DNA of 64,000 bases from a virus. Under the pieces are notes generated by a model. The model saw only the letters and a program-made list of their open reading frames with translations. It was not told the DNA's origin and made no database searches. The DNA is taken from IMG/VR virus record IMGVR_UViG_3300045885_000299, positions 4,798 to 68,797 of that record, one strand, 5' to 3'. Shown here in pieces: positions 9,293-19,617 of the stretch; within the stretch, counting starts at the first letter, position 1, and each line of letters opens with the position of its first letter. The position numbers and the translations under genes are program-made.

Positions 9293-11287
9293 TCAGGGGC
9301 TCCAGTAGTAGGACTCGGTGTCGTACAGGCCGCCTTCTTCACCCAGCACCGGGTAGTCGTAGATCGACTGGTGGCCCGTATCAAGCTGCGGAATGGCCTG
9401 CGTCAGCGCCAGCGCGACCTGCCACTCGGGCAGGCGCCCCGGCTCCTGGTTGCGCGTGACCCGCACGCGATCGACCAGGACCTTCCACGGGTAGCCGTCA
9501 GGGTCGCGGAAGCGCGCCGGCTTGGCTTCCTCGCGCAAGCGCTGCAGCTTGCGCTCGAGCAGGAACGTGTCGCGTTCGATCTGCGCCAGGTTGTCGGCCG
9601 TCTCGGCGCGGCCCAGCACACCCGTGATGTTCCAGTGCCACTTGGTCTGGATCGCCACCCGGCCGTGTATTGCAACGGCCCGGATTTCCGGGGGACTGAT
9701 CGGGTCCATATTGAAAAAACGCAGCCGCAGCGCAACCCATCGACATTGCGTCCCCTCGGGGAACGTCAGCTCGCACGTCGGGCTCGAGCGCGCATCGCCG
9801 AGTGCGCCGCGGCCGGCGTCCAGGTCGGTGCGCCAGCGGCCATCCGAATCCAGCTGGTAGGCGACCTCGACCCAGCGCCAGGCGCCCATCAGTCGACGGC
9901 TCGAGAGGCGCACCGTGAGCAGCGTTTTCTTCTCGTCGGGCAGGAGAAAATCGAACTCGGGCAGGGTGGCCTCGGGCTGCCACGGCTGCATGTCGTCAAT
10001 CACGTAGCGGCAGTTCGGATCGGAGATCGGATCGTCGCCGTTTGCCGGCAGGATCACCTGCGCGTGACCGGCCGTACCGGCGCTGATGAACAGGTGCGGC
10101 GGTGATTCGGCGTCGGTCAGGTCGTGCTGGCGGAAGTACAGGGCGGATGCCTCGACGCTGCCCATCGTCAGCCAGCTGTGCCATTTGCCGGTGCGCGAGT
10201 CGCGGCGCACGACGTAGCTGGTCTGTGTGTCGTCATCGAACAGGCTGGCGATCGTGTAGCGCAGCGTGTCGCACACGCCAACGACGCGCCCGCGCACCTG
10301 GCCGAGCGCATCGGCGTCGCGGCTCGGGCTGATGTTGGCCGCGGCACCGCTCGTCTGGCTCGAGGGCTGATACTCCCACAGCCCGTTGCCGTTGGGCACC
10401 AGCACGATGCCGCCGCGCCACACCAGCGGCCAGCAGTTGTCAGGGTCGCGCCGATCGAAGTCCAGGTAATGCGCGGCCGTCCCGGCCACGCCCGGTGGGA
10501 TGCCCCACAGACCGTCAGTTTTCCCGACCCACAACGTGACCAGGCCGCCGCCGGCGAGCAGGCTGGTGATCGGTGCCGACGTGTCGCCGATGAGCGCGGT
10601 GCCCTCGGTCCAGGCCGTGCCGACTGTCGTGGCCTGCACTTTGTTCGACCAGCCGCGATACAGCGCGCTCCGATCGGACACCAGCGCCTCGGCCACTTCG
10701 CCGCCAGTCGCGGAGCTCCAGGTCGCCAGGTCGAGCGAGTGCTGCAGCGGGGTGTCGAGGCCGAGCGCAACGTAGGCGCGCTCGCCGTAGATCGCCAGGT
10801 CGCGGCACGGCGCGGGGAACGTGGCCATCTTGACCCAGCCCGGCGGGGCATCCAGGCGCATGTACAGGTGGCTGCCGGCGGTGCAGATGAGCGTGCCGTT
10901 CATCTCCGTGTACGTGCGCCGCGCGTCGACCTCGCTGCCCAGATCCGGCAGCGGCTCCCACACCTTGGGCGGCGCGGGGATGATGCGGTTGCGATCGGCC
11001 TCGACGTCGTGGCCCTCGAAATAGCCGACCGTGTCAGTGTCCGACTCGGCGCGTTTCTGGCCGTAGCCGCCATGCCACGACGACTGCGCCACGGGCGAGT
11101 CATACGGCTGGTAGTTGCCGAAGCGCCGATCGCCCTGGCTGACCTTGGGCGCGAACGGCTCGAGGGCTGTCACGTCATAGCCGCCGGCGGTCAGCAGCAG
11201 CGGGTCGCCGTCGATCTCGACGTCGCCGATCGGCGGCGCGTGGTCCGCCAGCTGGCCGCCGTAGCCGCCCAGGCGCAGCTCGCTCAC
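9293..11287 (-). CDS. Short-tail nozzle / tail tubular protein B-like (beta-propeller)
   Basis: GTG at 11287 overlaps the upstream stop; 664 aa with propeller-like repeats; follows the adaptor gene. Confidence 0.65.
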   Translation of the reverse strand: MSELRLGGYGGQLADHAPPIGDVEIDGDPLLLTAGGYDVTALEPFAPKVSQGDRRFGNYQPYDSPVAQSSWHGGYGQKRAESDTDTVGYFEGHDVEADRNRIIPAPPKVWEPLPDLGSEVDARRTYTEMNGTLICTAGSHLYMRLDAPPGWVKMATFPAPCRDLAIYGERAYVALGLDTPLQHSLDLATWSSATGGEVAEALVSDRSALYRGWSNKVQATTVGTAWTEGTALIGDTSAPITSLLAGGGLVTLWVGKTDGLWGIPPGVAGTAAHYLDFDRRDPDNCWPLVWRGGIVLVPNGNGLWEYQPSSQTSGAAANISPSRDADALGQVRGRVVGVCDTLRYTIASLFDDDTQTSYVVRRDSRTGKWHSWLTMGSVEASALYFRQHDLTDAESPPHLFISAGTAGHAQVILPANGDDPISDPNCRYVIDDMQPWQPEATLPEFDFLLPDEKKTLLTVRLSSRRLMGAWRWVEVAYQLDSDGRWRTDLDAGRGALGDARSSPTCELTFPEGTQCRWVALRLRFFNMDPISPPEIRAVAIHGRVAIQTKWHWNITGVLGRAETADNLAQIERDTFLLERKLQRLREEAKPARFRDPDGYPWKVLVDRVRVTRNQEPGRLPEWQVALALTQAIPQLDTGHQSIYDYPVLGEEGGLYDTESYYWSP

Positions 11288-12270
11288 ATTGGTCCCGGCG
11301 TCGAGTGTGCCGCCAGATAGTCTCCGTTGCGTCGCCAGCCGAGCGTGGGTGCCGCCCACGGCGTGATCGAGCGCCGCGGCGGATGCGACATGAGCAGCTG
11401 CGGACGCAGGTCGTTGGCGTCGTTGCGCGCGACCTGGACCAGCTCGAGGATGCGCTTGACGTCCTTGACCGGCGCACCGTTGGCGCCCCACATCCACAGC
11501 CGCTGGATGGCCACGGCCAGCAGGTACTCGACCATCTGTCCGTCACGATCGTCAGCGCCGACCGTGACCACGTCGCTGGCCTGGCTGAACGGCGGCAGGA
11601 TGCCCTTGCCGACGATGCGCAGGAAGTGGTCGGGCGGTGGCGCGTTGCGGAACGCGATCGTGCGCGTGACGGAACCGCCAGACTGGACCGCGTTGCGCAC
11701 GCTCCACCCGTAGCCCGCCGCATCCTCACCCGGTTCGTCTCGCTCGCGCAGGACCTCGATGCCGAGCACCTCCTGGATCGCGGGCGGGCACGGATAGAGC
11801 GTCGTGCCAGTGGTCGTGGTCGTGCTCAGGTCCTCGACGCGCCGCCAGAAGAAGATCGGCAGCATGCGGATCGCCGCATTGAGTGCCGCCAGCTTGCGTT
11901 CGCGCGACCAGTGCCAGTTGACCTGGTACTGGTCGCCCACCGAGCCCTGGACGAGCAGCGTGCCGCCACCGAAGGTGAAGTGCCCGACCTGGGCGGTGCC
12001 GCCCTCGAGTCCGTCGTAGGCAGTGATGCGCAGCTCGCGGCCGATGTTCGAGGTGGCCGCGCCGCCGTGGTAGTAGAACCAGCCGTACTTGTAGGTGTTG
12101 CTCTGCTCGAAGCGCGTGGCATCGCGCACGCTGATGGTGTCGCCGGTCACATGGGTGAGCGTGCCCTCGGCATAGTCGCCCATGCGCGAGGCCAGCTCGC
12201 GGATCAGGTCAGCGGCGGTGGTCGCACCGCTGGGGGCTGGGCTTTCGCCACCAGGCAGGACGATCGGCAT
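11284..12270 (-). CDS. Head-tail adaptor / tail tubular protein A-like
   Basis: TAADLIRELASRMGD...LAALNAAIRML pattern; genomic position. Confidence 0.6.
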   Translation of the reverse strand: MPIVLPGGESPAPSGATTAADLIRELASRMGDYAEGTLTHVTGDTISVRDATRFEQSNTYKYGWFYYHGGAATSNIGRELRITAYDGLEGGTAQVGHFTFGGGTLLVQGSVGDQYQVNWHWSRERKLAALNAAIRMLPIFFWRRVEDLSTTTTTGTTLYPCPPAIQEVLGIEVLRERDEPGEDAAGYGWSVRNAVQSGGSVTRTIAFRNAPPPDHFLRIVGKGILPPFSQASDVVTVGADDRDGQMVEYLLAVAIQRLWMWGANGAPVKDVKRILELVQVARNDANDLRPQLLMSHPPRRSITPWAAPTLGWRRNGDYLAAHSTPGPM

Positions 12271-12321
12271 GCGCCTAGCAGCGTGCCGTCCGAAGCGCTA
12301 GGGCCCAAGGCGGCTGCCCGT

Positions 12322-13284
12322 TCATTCCTCGTGCGGCTGGAAGGCCGAGCCGTCCCACTGCACCAGCGGATCATCGCCGGCTTCGGTGAAGGCTGTGCCT
12401 GTCCAGCGCACGGGCGTCACACCCGGGCCAGTCATAGCCTCGTCAAACTCGGTCGCGGCCCATATGACGACCTCGATCGGGACCACCGGCGCCGTGTCCG
12501 ACCACCACTTGTTAGCCAGCTGCGGCGTCACCTGGTACGCGGCGAACGCGACTTCCTCGAGCAGCGCCCCCACCTGGGCGGCCGCGGTCGTCGGATACCA
12601 CGCTGGGCCGGACGGCGGGCGCTCCGCAAGGTCGACCTGGAACAGGATGCTGTCGAGTCGACGGTCGACGATGCCCGCCAGCGTGATATCAACCTGCAGC
12701 CCAATGCTGTCGAGTCGACTGTCGGCTACGGCTGGTGGCGCAATGTCAACCTGCAGTCCGACGCTGTCGAGTCGGGGCGCCGTGTCACTGACGGTGACGT
12801 CGATGCCGTAGTTGTTGGTCGATTCCTGCGCTGTCGGAAACTGGAGCCCTGTGCCAACCGTGTGGCACGGTTGGGGCGACGACTCGGCATTGGTCGGCGC
12901 ATACAGCGGCCCGTTCGTGATCGAGGCGGAATGATCCGCCCCCGCGGCGAGCGAGCGGGCGAAGTGCCCCGTTGGCATATACACGCCGACCACGTAGTAC
13001 GCGCCGACCGTCAGTGCGATGGGCGGGGAGAAGGTTGCGCTTTGCCAGCCGCTCGCCGTTTCGCCCGTGAAGGTAACGCTGCCCTGAAGGGTCCCCGCGG
13101 CGTCCCAGATCGCACCGATATGCGTCCCTGGGTTTGCGCCCGCTGGCGCCTTGTAGAACCAGACCTGAGTTGCGCTCGCCGCGGCTGTGACTTTGAACCG
13201 TGAGCCGACGGTAATGGCACCGGCATAGCCGGCGTCCGGCGCAAAGGGGACCGGGTTGGTCGGAAAGAGCCGATAGTCAGCCAC
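12322..13284 (-). CDS. Virion protein with DUF4082-like N-terminal domain
   Basis: TVGSRFKV..VWFYK..GETASGWQSATFSPPIAL..YYVV..NYGIDV; RBS GGAGGGAG. Confidence 0.75.
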   Translation of the reverse strand: MADYRLFPTNPVPFAPDAGYAGAITVGSRFKVTAAASATQVWFYKAPAGANPGTHIGAIWDAAGTLQGSVTFTGETASGWQSATFSPPIALTVGAYYVVGVYMPTGHFARSLAAGADHSASITNGPLYAPTNAESSPQPCHTVGTGLQFPTAQESTNNYGIDVTVSDTAPRLDSVGLQVDIAPPAVADSRLDSIGLQVDITLAGIVDRRLDSILFQVDLAERPPSGPAWYPTTAAAQVGALLEEVAFAAYQVTPQLANKWWSDTAPVVPIEVVIWAATEFDEAMTGPGVTPVRWTGTAFTEAGDDPLVQWDGSAFQPHEE

Positions 13285-13299
13285 GGCTCCCTCCAGGAA

Positions 13300-14397
13300 T
13301 CAGCGGACCGTCGCGCCGGCCTCTGCCGCGTTGACTGCCGCCAACGTCCACGCGGCGCCCGTATTCGGGTCCACTTCCCAGCGTGCCCTGTAGTAGTCGG
13401 GCGACACTGCGAGCGCCTGCGCGCTGGCTTCGTTGATCGTTGCGCCGCTCTTGACCGTCAGGCCCATCGAGCCACTGCCGGCATCAGACAGGTGGGCCAG
13501 GGCGATCGCCTCAACCACGTTGATGCTGCCCACGCTCACGCCGCCAGGAACGTCGGTCAGCGCATACAGATCGCGTTGCCCAACGGTTGCCGAGCCCACG
13601 TACTGCGCGGCTGAGGGTGGGATCTCGCTGCACTGACTCCAATTTGCGCCAGTATCCGTCCCACCCCTGGCCAGTTGCGTGGAGCTGCCTGCGCCGCTTG
13701 GCTTCAGGAGCACGACGACGCCGGGCCCTGGACGCCCGTTATTGATGGTCCCGCTGGTGTCGTTGATCGCAATGTCGTCGTAGCCGAAGTGGGCGTTGAC
13801 GCCCGGTACGGGGATATTGGCTAACGATCCGAAATGGAGCCGCTGCACGTTTGCCTGGGTGCCGCTCGCCGTGTTGTCGCCAGAGAAGTTGATGACCTGA
13901 ATCCCGTTGACCCAAACCTCGGACACCCCCACCGTCCCGCTCGTGATTTGGGTGCGCCAGTCGATGACATGCCAACTCCCACGGGCGAACGTCGCACTCG
14001 TGACCGCCAGTTGCGTCGTCAGGAAGCCGCTCCACAGACGCAGAAAGCCGTTCGTGCGGTCGTAACTCAACGAGCACTGCGCCGCGCCTGTCGCATCGCT
14101 CATCCCCGCGATGCTCCACTCCCCACTGGCTTGCAGGTTGTTGGTCGGATCGCCGTACCAGGCGAAGCGCGTCCACACGTCTGTCAGCGCGCTGGGGAGA
14201 ATGAACGTTTTGTAGCCAATGAGATACGACGAACTGGAAGCCAGACGGAGGCAATAGGCGCCGCCGCCGGCGCGTGGCGCAGGGTCGGTCGCTGTAACGG
14301 ACGCGCCCGTCCCGCCGCTCATCGCCTGGTAGCCGCCGTTCCCTGCGCCTTCGTTGACGTCGCCGGTCTCCCAGCCCATCGTGAACAGGCGGGTCAT
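13300..14397 (-). CDS. Virion protein, ConA/LamG-like beta-sandwich
   Basis: FTMGWETG..GSWHVIDW..SEVWVNG..YDDIAIND. Confidence 0.7.
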   Translation of the reverse strand: MTRLFTMGWETGDVNEGAGNGGYQAMSGGTGASVTATDPAPRAGGGAYCLRLASSSSYLIGYKTFILPSALTDVWTRFAWYGDPTNNLQASGEWSIAGMSDATGAAQCSLSYDRTNGFLRLWSGFLTTQLAVTSATFARGSWHVIDWRTQITSGTVGVSEVWVNGIQVINFSGDNTASGTQANVQRLHFGSLANIPVPGVNAHFGYDDIAINDTSGTINNGRPGPGVVVLLKPSGAGSSTQLARGGTDTGANWSQCSEIPPSAAQYVGSATVGQRDLYALTDVPGGVSVGSINVVEAIALAHLSDAGSGSMGLTVKSGATINEASAQALAVSPDYYRARWEVDPNTGAAWTLAAVNAAEAGATVR

Positions 14398-15308
14398 TGG
14401 GTCGGCACCGCGATGATGGGCGACGGGGCGCCCGAGTAGTTCGACCAGCCCAACGCTGAGCGCGACTGGATGCCCGCCCCCCCGAGTTGCCTATGTGGCT
14501 GGACGTAGATGTACGTTTCCGCGTTGTAGGTCACTCGGGTATACACCGCTGGCGGGGCGTCGGCGGCCGTTTGCCCGATCGACTGTGTATACCAGCCGAC
14601 GAGAAAGGCCTTGCCCAGCCGACCGCGCAAGCCCGCGACTTCCTCGATCACCACATACGGCCACATGTAGGTGTTGCCGTCAGCCTGGCAATAGCGAATC
14701 GGTGAGACGAATGCCGCGTTGGTGTTCACGTTTGGTTGACACAGGCTGACCAGGCGGGCTGGCACCCAGGATGAGGTGTTTGCGCGATTCCGTGACACCC
14801 ACACGAGCTCCGTCGTTTGGGTGCTCGCGTTGCTCGTATTCGCCAGCAGCACGACCACGGGATTGGGCTCGCCGGCGACGTACGGCACCAGGTCGCCCAG
14901 GAAGAAGCACTGCCGCGGAGTCCCGTCAGCGACGCTCTGAGCGTTGACTTCGCCAGGACGCGGGCCCTCGAGCGCGATGAACAGGTGATCCTTGCCCACA
15001 CTGAGCATGCAATGGATCACATCGGTCATGGTCGCGGTGCCGCCGTCTTTCCAGCACAGGTAGCGCACGAGCTTGTCCGTGCCCGTCCCGCTGTACGTGC
15101 GGTAGACGCCAATTTGCAGCTGCCTGCTGCTCACCGCGGCATCCGCCAGGTCGACGGCCATCTGCGCACCGCGGGTGGTCGTAGCCGACATGACGCTGCC
15201 CGTGCCGCCGGCGATGTTCGCCCAATCACTCGAGTTCAGAATCCTCGACTTGAGGTCGGCCAGGATCGTTGTCGGCGTCGAGTCCCACTCACCAAACCAG
15301 TTCGCCAT
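14394..15308 (-). CDS. Virion structural protein
   Basis: ATG at 15308 overlaps the upstream stop (MANWFGEWD...). Confidence 0.65.
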   Translation of the reverse strand: MANWFGEWDSTPTTILADLKSRILNSSDWANIAGGTGSVMSATTTRGAQMAVDLADAAVSSRQLQIGVYRTYSGTGTDKLVRYLCWKDGGTATMTDVIHCMLSVGKDHLFIALEGPRPGEVNAQSVADGTPRQCFFLGDLVPYVAGEPNPVVVLLANTSNASTQTTELVWVSRNRANTSSWVPARLVSLCQPNVNTNAAFVSPIRYCQADGNTYMWPYVVIEEVAGLRGRLGKAFLVGWYTQSIGQTAADAPPAVYTRVTYNAETYIYVQPHRQLGGAGIQSRSALGWSNYSGAPSPIIAVPTQ

Positions 15309-16021
15309 CAGGCAACGTCTCCTGCATCCTGGGTACTTGAATCGCGGCCCTTGTAGACGAACGCTGGCACCCCCGCGGCTGGCGCTGGCATCGTGAGCCT
15401 GGCAATCAGGCCGATCCAGGCCGCTGAGGTAATCGTCCAGGTGAGCTGCGACGCCGCGGCCGCGGCCGCGCTGCAGAACGCCATCCCCATGCACGTCGCG
15501 CTGCCGGTGCGCTCGTTGTTCCAGACAAACGTGTTGCCCGCGCTGGTCCGCGCCGATGAATTGGAGCTGTTCGCCCACACGGCGGTGGCCACCACGATTT
15601 CGCCAACGGCCGGCGTGATCGTGCCGCTGTTGGCCGACGTGCTGGTGCCCGCGTTGTTCGCCGTCGCCACGGTCGGCAGGATCGCGCAGTCCGCATCCGC
15701 GGCGATCACGATGATCTGGACCATGATGTTGCCGGCGCCGGTCCAGGCAATGCTCAAGTTCGTCGGTGAGCCGACGCAGGCATAGCCGAGCCACAGCTCG
15801 AGCATGCGCCCACCGCCGCTGTGCTGCCCGATCTTGGCGAAGGTCGCGCTCGCGCCGGCCGGCTGGGTGACCGTGATCGCCGTCACCGCCTGGCCGGTGG
15901 CGGGAAAGCCAACCAGGATGAGCATCAGCGACGTCGGCCCGGTGGGCGGAATGCCGCTCATCGGCATTGGCGACGACACCCCTCCGAAGTTGGCCGCGGC
16001 GACGTACTGCGTTGCGGTCAC
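15308..16021 (-). CDS. Virion structural protein (Ala/Thr-rich beta protein)
   Basis: 237 aa, translationally coupled within the tail cluster. Confidence 0.65.
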   Translation of the reverse strand: MTATQYVAAANFGGVSSPMPMSGIPPTGPTSLMLILVGFPATGQAVTAITVTQPAGASATFAKIGQHSGGGRMLELWLGYACVGSPTNLSIAWTGAGNIMVQIIVIAADADCAILPTVATANNAGTSTSANSGTITPAVGEIVVATAVWANSSNSSARTSAGNTFVWNNERTGSATCMGMAFCSAAAAAASQLTWTITSAAWIGLIARLTMPAPAAGVPAFVYKGRDSSTQDAGDVA

Positions 16022-16257
16022 GGCGGTGGTGGGCCGGTTGGGTCGAGCTCAGCCATGATCTGCTGGACGTAGGTGCGCAGCGCGCTGTCGACGGCTCCGC
16101 CGGCGCCGGCCAGCATGTAGCGCGCATCGGCTTCGGCCTGGGTCAGGTAAGATGGGTGTCCATCAGGGTCGTTGAGATGGTCTGTCAGGCGTGGGTCGCC
16201 AACCGTCTCCCATTGACCCGTCGATTCATTCCAGAGTTGCAGGCGACGAAGTGGCAT
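16018..16257 (-). CDS. Small tail-fibre-like protein
   Basis: MPLRRLQLWNESTGQW..DHLNDPDGHPSYLTQAEADARY. Confidence 0.65.
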   Translation of the reverse strand: MPLRRLQLWNESTGQWETVGDPRLTDHLNDPDGHPSYLTQAEADARYMLAGAGGAVDSALRTYVQQIMAELDPTGPPPP

Positions 16258-16847
16258 CAGTGGAAGCTCCCGAAATGTGGCGCCCCGTCGCCGGGACATG
16301 GAGCCGCTACGAGATCAGCGATCAGGGCCGGGTCCGCTCCCGTTTCAAGACACAATGGGCCCGCCGTCGTCGCCGCGCAGGACTGCCGTCTGACGAACCC
16401 TGGCGTCTGCTCCGTCCGAGCCTGAACCCGCGGACGGGCTACCTGTCCGTGCAGCTGGGCCGCGGTCGGTGGGTCTACGTTCACCATCTCGTGCTGGAGG
16501 CATTCGTCTCGCGGCGTCCGCTTGGCAAGGAATGCCGTCATCTCAACGGGATGCGTGGTGACAATCGCGTGGCGAACCTGGCATGGGGGACGCGGCGAGA
16601 CCAGCAGTTGGACCAACGGGTTCACGGCACGTATCGCTTGCCTGACGGGGCCAACAATCGTGGCGCACGGAACGGGCGGGCCATTCTCAATGAGACCGCC
16701 GTTCGCTGGATCAAGACCTGCGGACTGCCAACCGCGCAAGTGGCCGAGCGGCTCGGTATCGCTGATACGACGGTGAGGAACATCCGCAACGGCTACCGCT
16801 GGAAGCATGTTCAGGCCACCGCCGTGGGATCAAACCAGAAATCGTAG
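16251..16847 (+). mobile_element. NUMOD4-HNH homing endonuclease gene, antisense within the tail cluster
   Basis: WRPVAG..YEISDQGRVRS (NUMOD4); VHHLVLEAF..CRHLNG..DNRVANLAWGT (HNH); C-terminal HTH. Confidence 0.9.
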
Positions 16848-17335
16848 CCGCCACCTGGTGAACTCGCGCCCACCCACATCCTGGCGTACACCGGGTGCGG
16901 ATCACTGGCCGCCACGTGCGCCGCATCACCCGCCGCGGCGGTCCCGACGGGGTCAGCCTCGCCCGCTGCCAGGTACGCCGGGTGCGGGTCGGCGGCCGCG
17001 ACGTGCGCCGCGTCGGCGGCGATCCTGGCCGACGTTTCGGCCGCCACCGCCGCGCTGCCAGGGATCACCAGCTGGAGCGTCTCGCGCACTTGTGGATAGC
17101 CCGCGCAGGTGACCAGCGCGTCGTACGGGCCATCGGTGCCATGCCAGAAGGCGAACTCGCCCTGCTCGTTGGTCAGCAGCGGGTTGCCAAGTGACGTGGT
17201 GTCGGGCTCGTCGGCCGCGTACAGCGTGAAGTTGACGGGCGTGGTCGTGCCCTTGTGGACGACCAGGACCTGGGCGCCTTGAAGGACGTCGCCGGCCGAG
17301 TTGGCTACCTGGTCTCGGTAGTAGCCGCGAGCCAC
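16811..17335 (-). CDS. Tail fibre / head-binding-like protein
   Basis: NPLLTNEQGEFAFW; two AHVAA(A/S)DPHP(A/V)Y fibre repeats; GTG start at 17335. Confidence 0.7.
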   Translation of the reverse strand: MARGYYRDQVANSAGDVLQGAQVLVVHKGTTTPVNFTLYAADEPDTTSLGNPLLTNEQGEFAFWHGTDGPYDALVTCAGYPQVRETLQLVIPGSAAVAAETSARIAADAAHVAAADPHPAYLAAGEADPVGTAAAGDAAHVAASDPHPVYARMWVGASSPGGGYDFWFDPTAVA

Positions 17336-17778
17336 TCGTGCTCCTGGTCCTGGGGTGCTTCCTCTTGCTGCGCGTGGCCGCGGTGCGGCTGGTCGTTGCG
17401 CCGGTGGCGGCCCAGCTCGAGTGGCGTCATAAAGCCGATGCCGCAGCAGCCATACGGCGGGGCCACGATCCAGCCGTAGATGCCGTCTGTTTCGAGTCGC
17501 ACATAGCTCTCGCGCAGGAACGCCAGCTCGACGTTCTGGCCGCAGCGGAACTTCTCGGGCAGGCTCTGCTTGAGCAAGTCGGCCTCGATCGGCGAGACCT
17601 CCACAACCACGTTGTCGGCGCCCAGCGCCGCCTCGAGCGCCGGCCAGTCGAGCTCGTTGCGCTCGGCGAGCGAGCCGATCATCGACAGCCGCCCGCGCGC
17701 CAGCATCGCGTTGCGGCCGGCGATCGGGATGGTTCTCGAGGGCAGCCCGCCCTTGTTCCACACGCGCAGGCGGCTCAT
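17305..17778 (-). CDS. Hypothetical protein
   Basis: ATGA-coupled ORF in the structural operon. Confidence 0.6.
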   Translation of the reverse strand: MSRLRVWNKGGLPSRTIPIAGRNAMLARGRLSMIGSLAERNELDWPALEAALGADNVVVEVSPIEADLLKQSLPEKFRCGQNVELAFLRESYVRLETDGIYGWIVAPPYGCCGIGFMTPLELGRHRRNDQPHRGHAQQEEAPQDQEHEWLAATTETR

Positions 17779-18266
17779 GCGAGCACGCTCCATTCACCCG
17801 CCGTTGCGCCCTCGGGGTCGCACTCGTCGCAGTCGTAGCTCGAGGCCATGTGCCAGCGCTCGACCCACTCGGCGTCGGGCATGCCTTCGGGTTTGCTCAG
17901 TTTTCTCAGGTGCCCACAGCGGAAGGTGAAGCGGCCGAAGGCCAGGTCGAAGTTGTTGGAGTAGCGGCGGCTGGGCATCGACCAGGTGCGGCCGACCTGG
18001 AGCGACGGCAGCAGGTTGCCGATCGAGCGGTTGTCGGGCCCGATACCGCCGATCTGCTCGTTATGCTCGGCGCCGCGGCGCGTGGTGCGCTCCCAATTGG
18101 CACCGCACCCCAGCGTGGCGCCACGGTCACCCTTCTGCTTCGGGCCACCGCACACGTACAGCGCGTAGTCCTGGAAGGCGCCCTCTCCGTGTTTGTAGTA
18201 CGGCTCGTTGTCGGTGCCGCAGCACGCGCAGCGTTCGTGTTCTGCGCCGACGTCGCTACTCTGCAT
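17775..18266 (-). CDS. Cys-rich hypothetical protein
   Basis: MQSSDV..CACC..C..C..CDEC; overlaps the glycosyltransferase stop. Confidence 0.6.
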   Translation of the reverse strand: MQSSDVGAEHERCACCGTDNEPYYKHGEGAFQDYALYVCGGPKQKGDRGATLGCGANWERTTRRGAEHNEQIGGIGPDNRSIGNLLPSLQVGRTWSMPSRRYSNNFDLAFGRFTFRCGHLRKLSKPEGMPDAEWVERWHMASSYDCDECDPEGATAGEWSVLA

Positions 18267-19569
18267 AGACCAGGTCCTTTCCTTGGGCGTCCACCAGGTA
18301 GCCGTCCGCCGTCTCCTGGACGTCGCCGCGCTCGAGCGCCTCGCGCACCTCGTGCATCGTGCGGTGACCCGGCACCTGGACGCGGTTCTGCTCGCGCAGC
18401 GTCGGCTTCCCCAGGTGCGCGGCGCAGCCCTCGAGCAGCGGCCGCCAGTAGTTGTCGGCCACCACCTGCCAGTCATAGGCCAGCGCGAACGCGCGCGCAC
18501 TGTCGCGCCGCTCCTGCTCGTGCCGTGCGTCGTAGGCGTCGTCCAGGGCGCTGGCCAGGCCGTCGATATCCGGTATCCACTGCCACGAGTTCTGCGGCGT
18601 CCACCAGCGCTGCAGCGGCGGCACCGCCCAGCCCGGCCCGACCAGCTCGCTCATGCTCGTGCAGTCGTTGACGATCACCGGCGTGCCGCACGCCTGGGCC
18701 TCGATGAGCGGTATGCCAAACCCCTCGGCCATCGACGGCTGGAGCAGCACGTCCATCGCGTTGTAGGCCTGAGCCAGCCACACGTCAGTCAGGCCGAGCA
18801 GGTGGCGGTACTGGTTCGGCCAGCGCACGAAGTCCTCGATGCCGTAGCGCTTGGCCAGCTCCATCAGGTCCGGCCCACCCATGTGGCTGCCGACGTGGGC
18901 GTGCACGTACAGCCGCGCATCCGGGTGCGTTTCGCGTAGCTGCGCGAAGGCCTCGAAGGCCTCGGGAAACGCCTTCCTACTCGGATACCCCTTGTTCGCG
19001 CCGACCATGCCGACGACGAAGTCGCCGTCGTCAAAGCCGAGCATGCGCTTGCACTCGGCGCGGTCCTCGAGCGGACGGAAGATGCTCGTCTCGACGCCGT
19101 GCGGAATGTACGTGCAGTCGTGGCCAGCGGCGCGGATCAGCCGTTCGCCGAAGCGCGAGTAGGGCACCGTGCGCATCGCCTTCTCGATCCGCGGGACCAC
19201 GTTCGGCGGGATCGGATCGTGGTCGATCGGCAGCCACTGCACCCACGGATGCGAGCCATACGTTTCGGGGTCGAGCACCCAGGTGTCCATGAGCGTGATG
19301 AGCAGCTCGGCGCCCGAGTGGTACATGTGCTCGCTGATGACGTCGTTGCCCCACGGATCGAACGCGCGCGGGTAATGGCGGATGGGCCACGAGACGTCGG
19401 GCTCGAGCGGGTCTCGGACCGGGATATCCACGACACCGCCCTCGATGCCGTAGAAGGCGAAGATGCTGACCTCGTGGCCCATGCGCAGCAGCCGCGGCAG
19501 CAGGTACTTGCCCTGGATGCCGTAGCCCTGCGGGGCAAAGACGCTATTGGACTGCCAGAGAATCTTCAC
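18256..19569 (-). CDS. GT-B (GT4 family) glycosyltransferase
   Basis: IPHGVET..FVVGMVGAN..RK..YNAMDVLLQPSMAEGFGIPLIEAQACGTPVI. Confidence 0.92.
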   Translation of the reverse strand: MKILWQSNSVFAPQGYGIQGKYLLPRLLRMGHEVSIFAFYGIEGGVVDIPVRDPLEPDVSWPIRHYPRAFDPWGNDVISEHMYHSGAELLITLMDTWVLDPETYGSHPWVQWLPIDHDPIPPNVVPRIEKAMRTVPYSRFGERLIRAAGHDCTYIPHGVETSIFRPLEDRAECKRMLGFDDGDFVVGMVGANKGYPSRKAFPEAFEAFAQLRETHPDARLYVHAHVGSHMGGPDLMELAKRYGIEDFVRWPNQYRHLLGLTDVWLAQAYNAMDVLLQPSMAEGFGIPLIEAQACGTPVIVNDCTSMSELVGPGWAVPPLQRWWTPQNSWQWIPDIDGLASALDDAYDARHEQERRDSARAFALAYDWQVVADNYWRPLLEGCAAHLGKPTLREQNRVQVPGHRTMHEVREALERGDVQETADGYLVDAQGKDLVYAE

Positions 19570-19617
19570 GTTGGCGCCTAGCGTGTTTGAGAAAGCGCCA
19601 GGCGCCAACCTGACTGC

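Noticed and set aside
11305-13203. 632-aa plus-strand ORF (likewise 6640-8286 and 48160-49914)
   Set aside because: Antisense shadows of well-supported minus-strand genes
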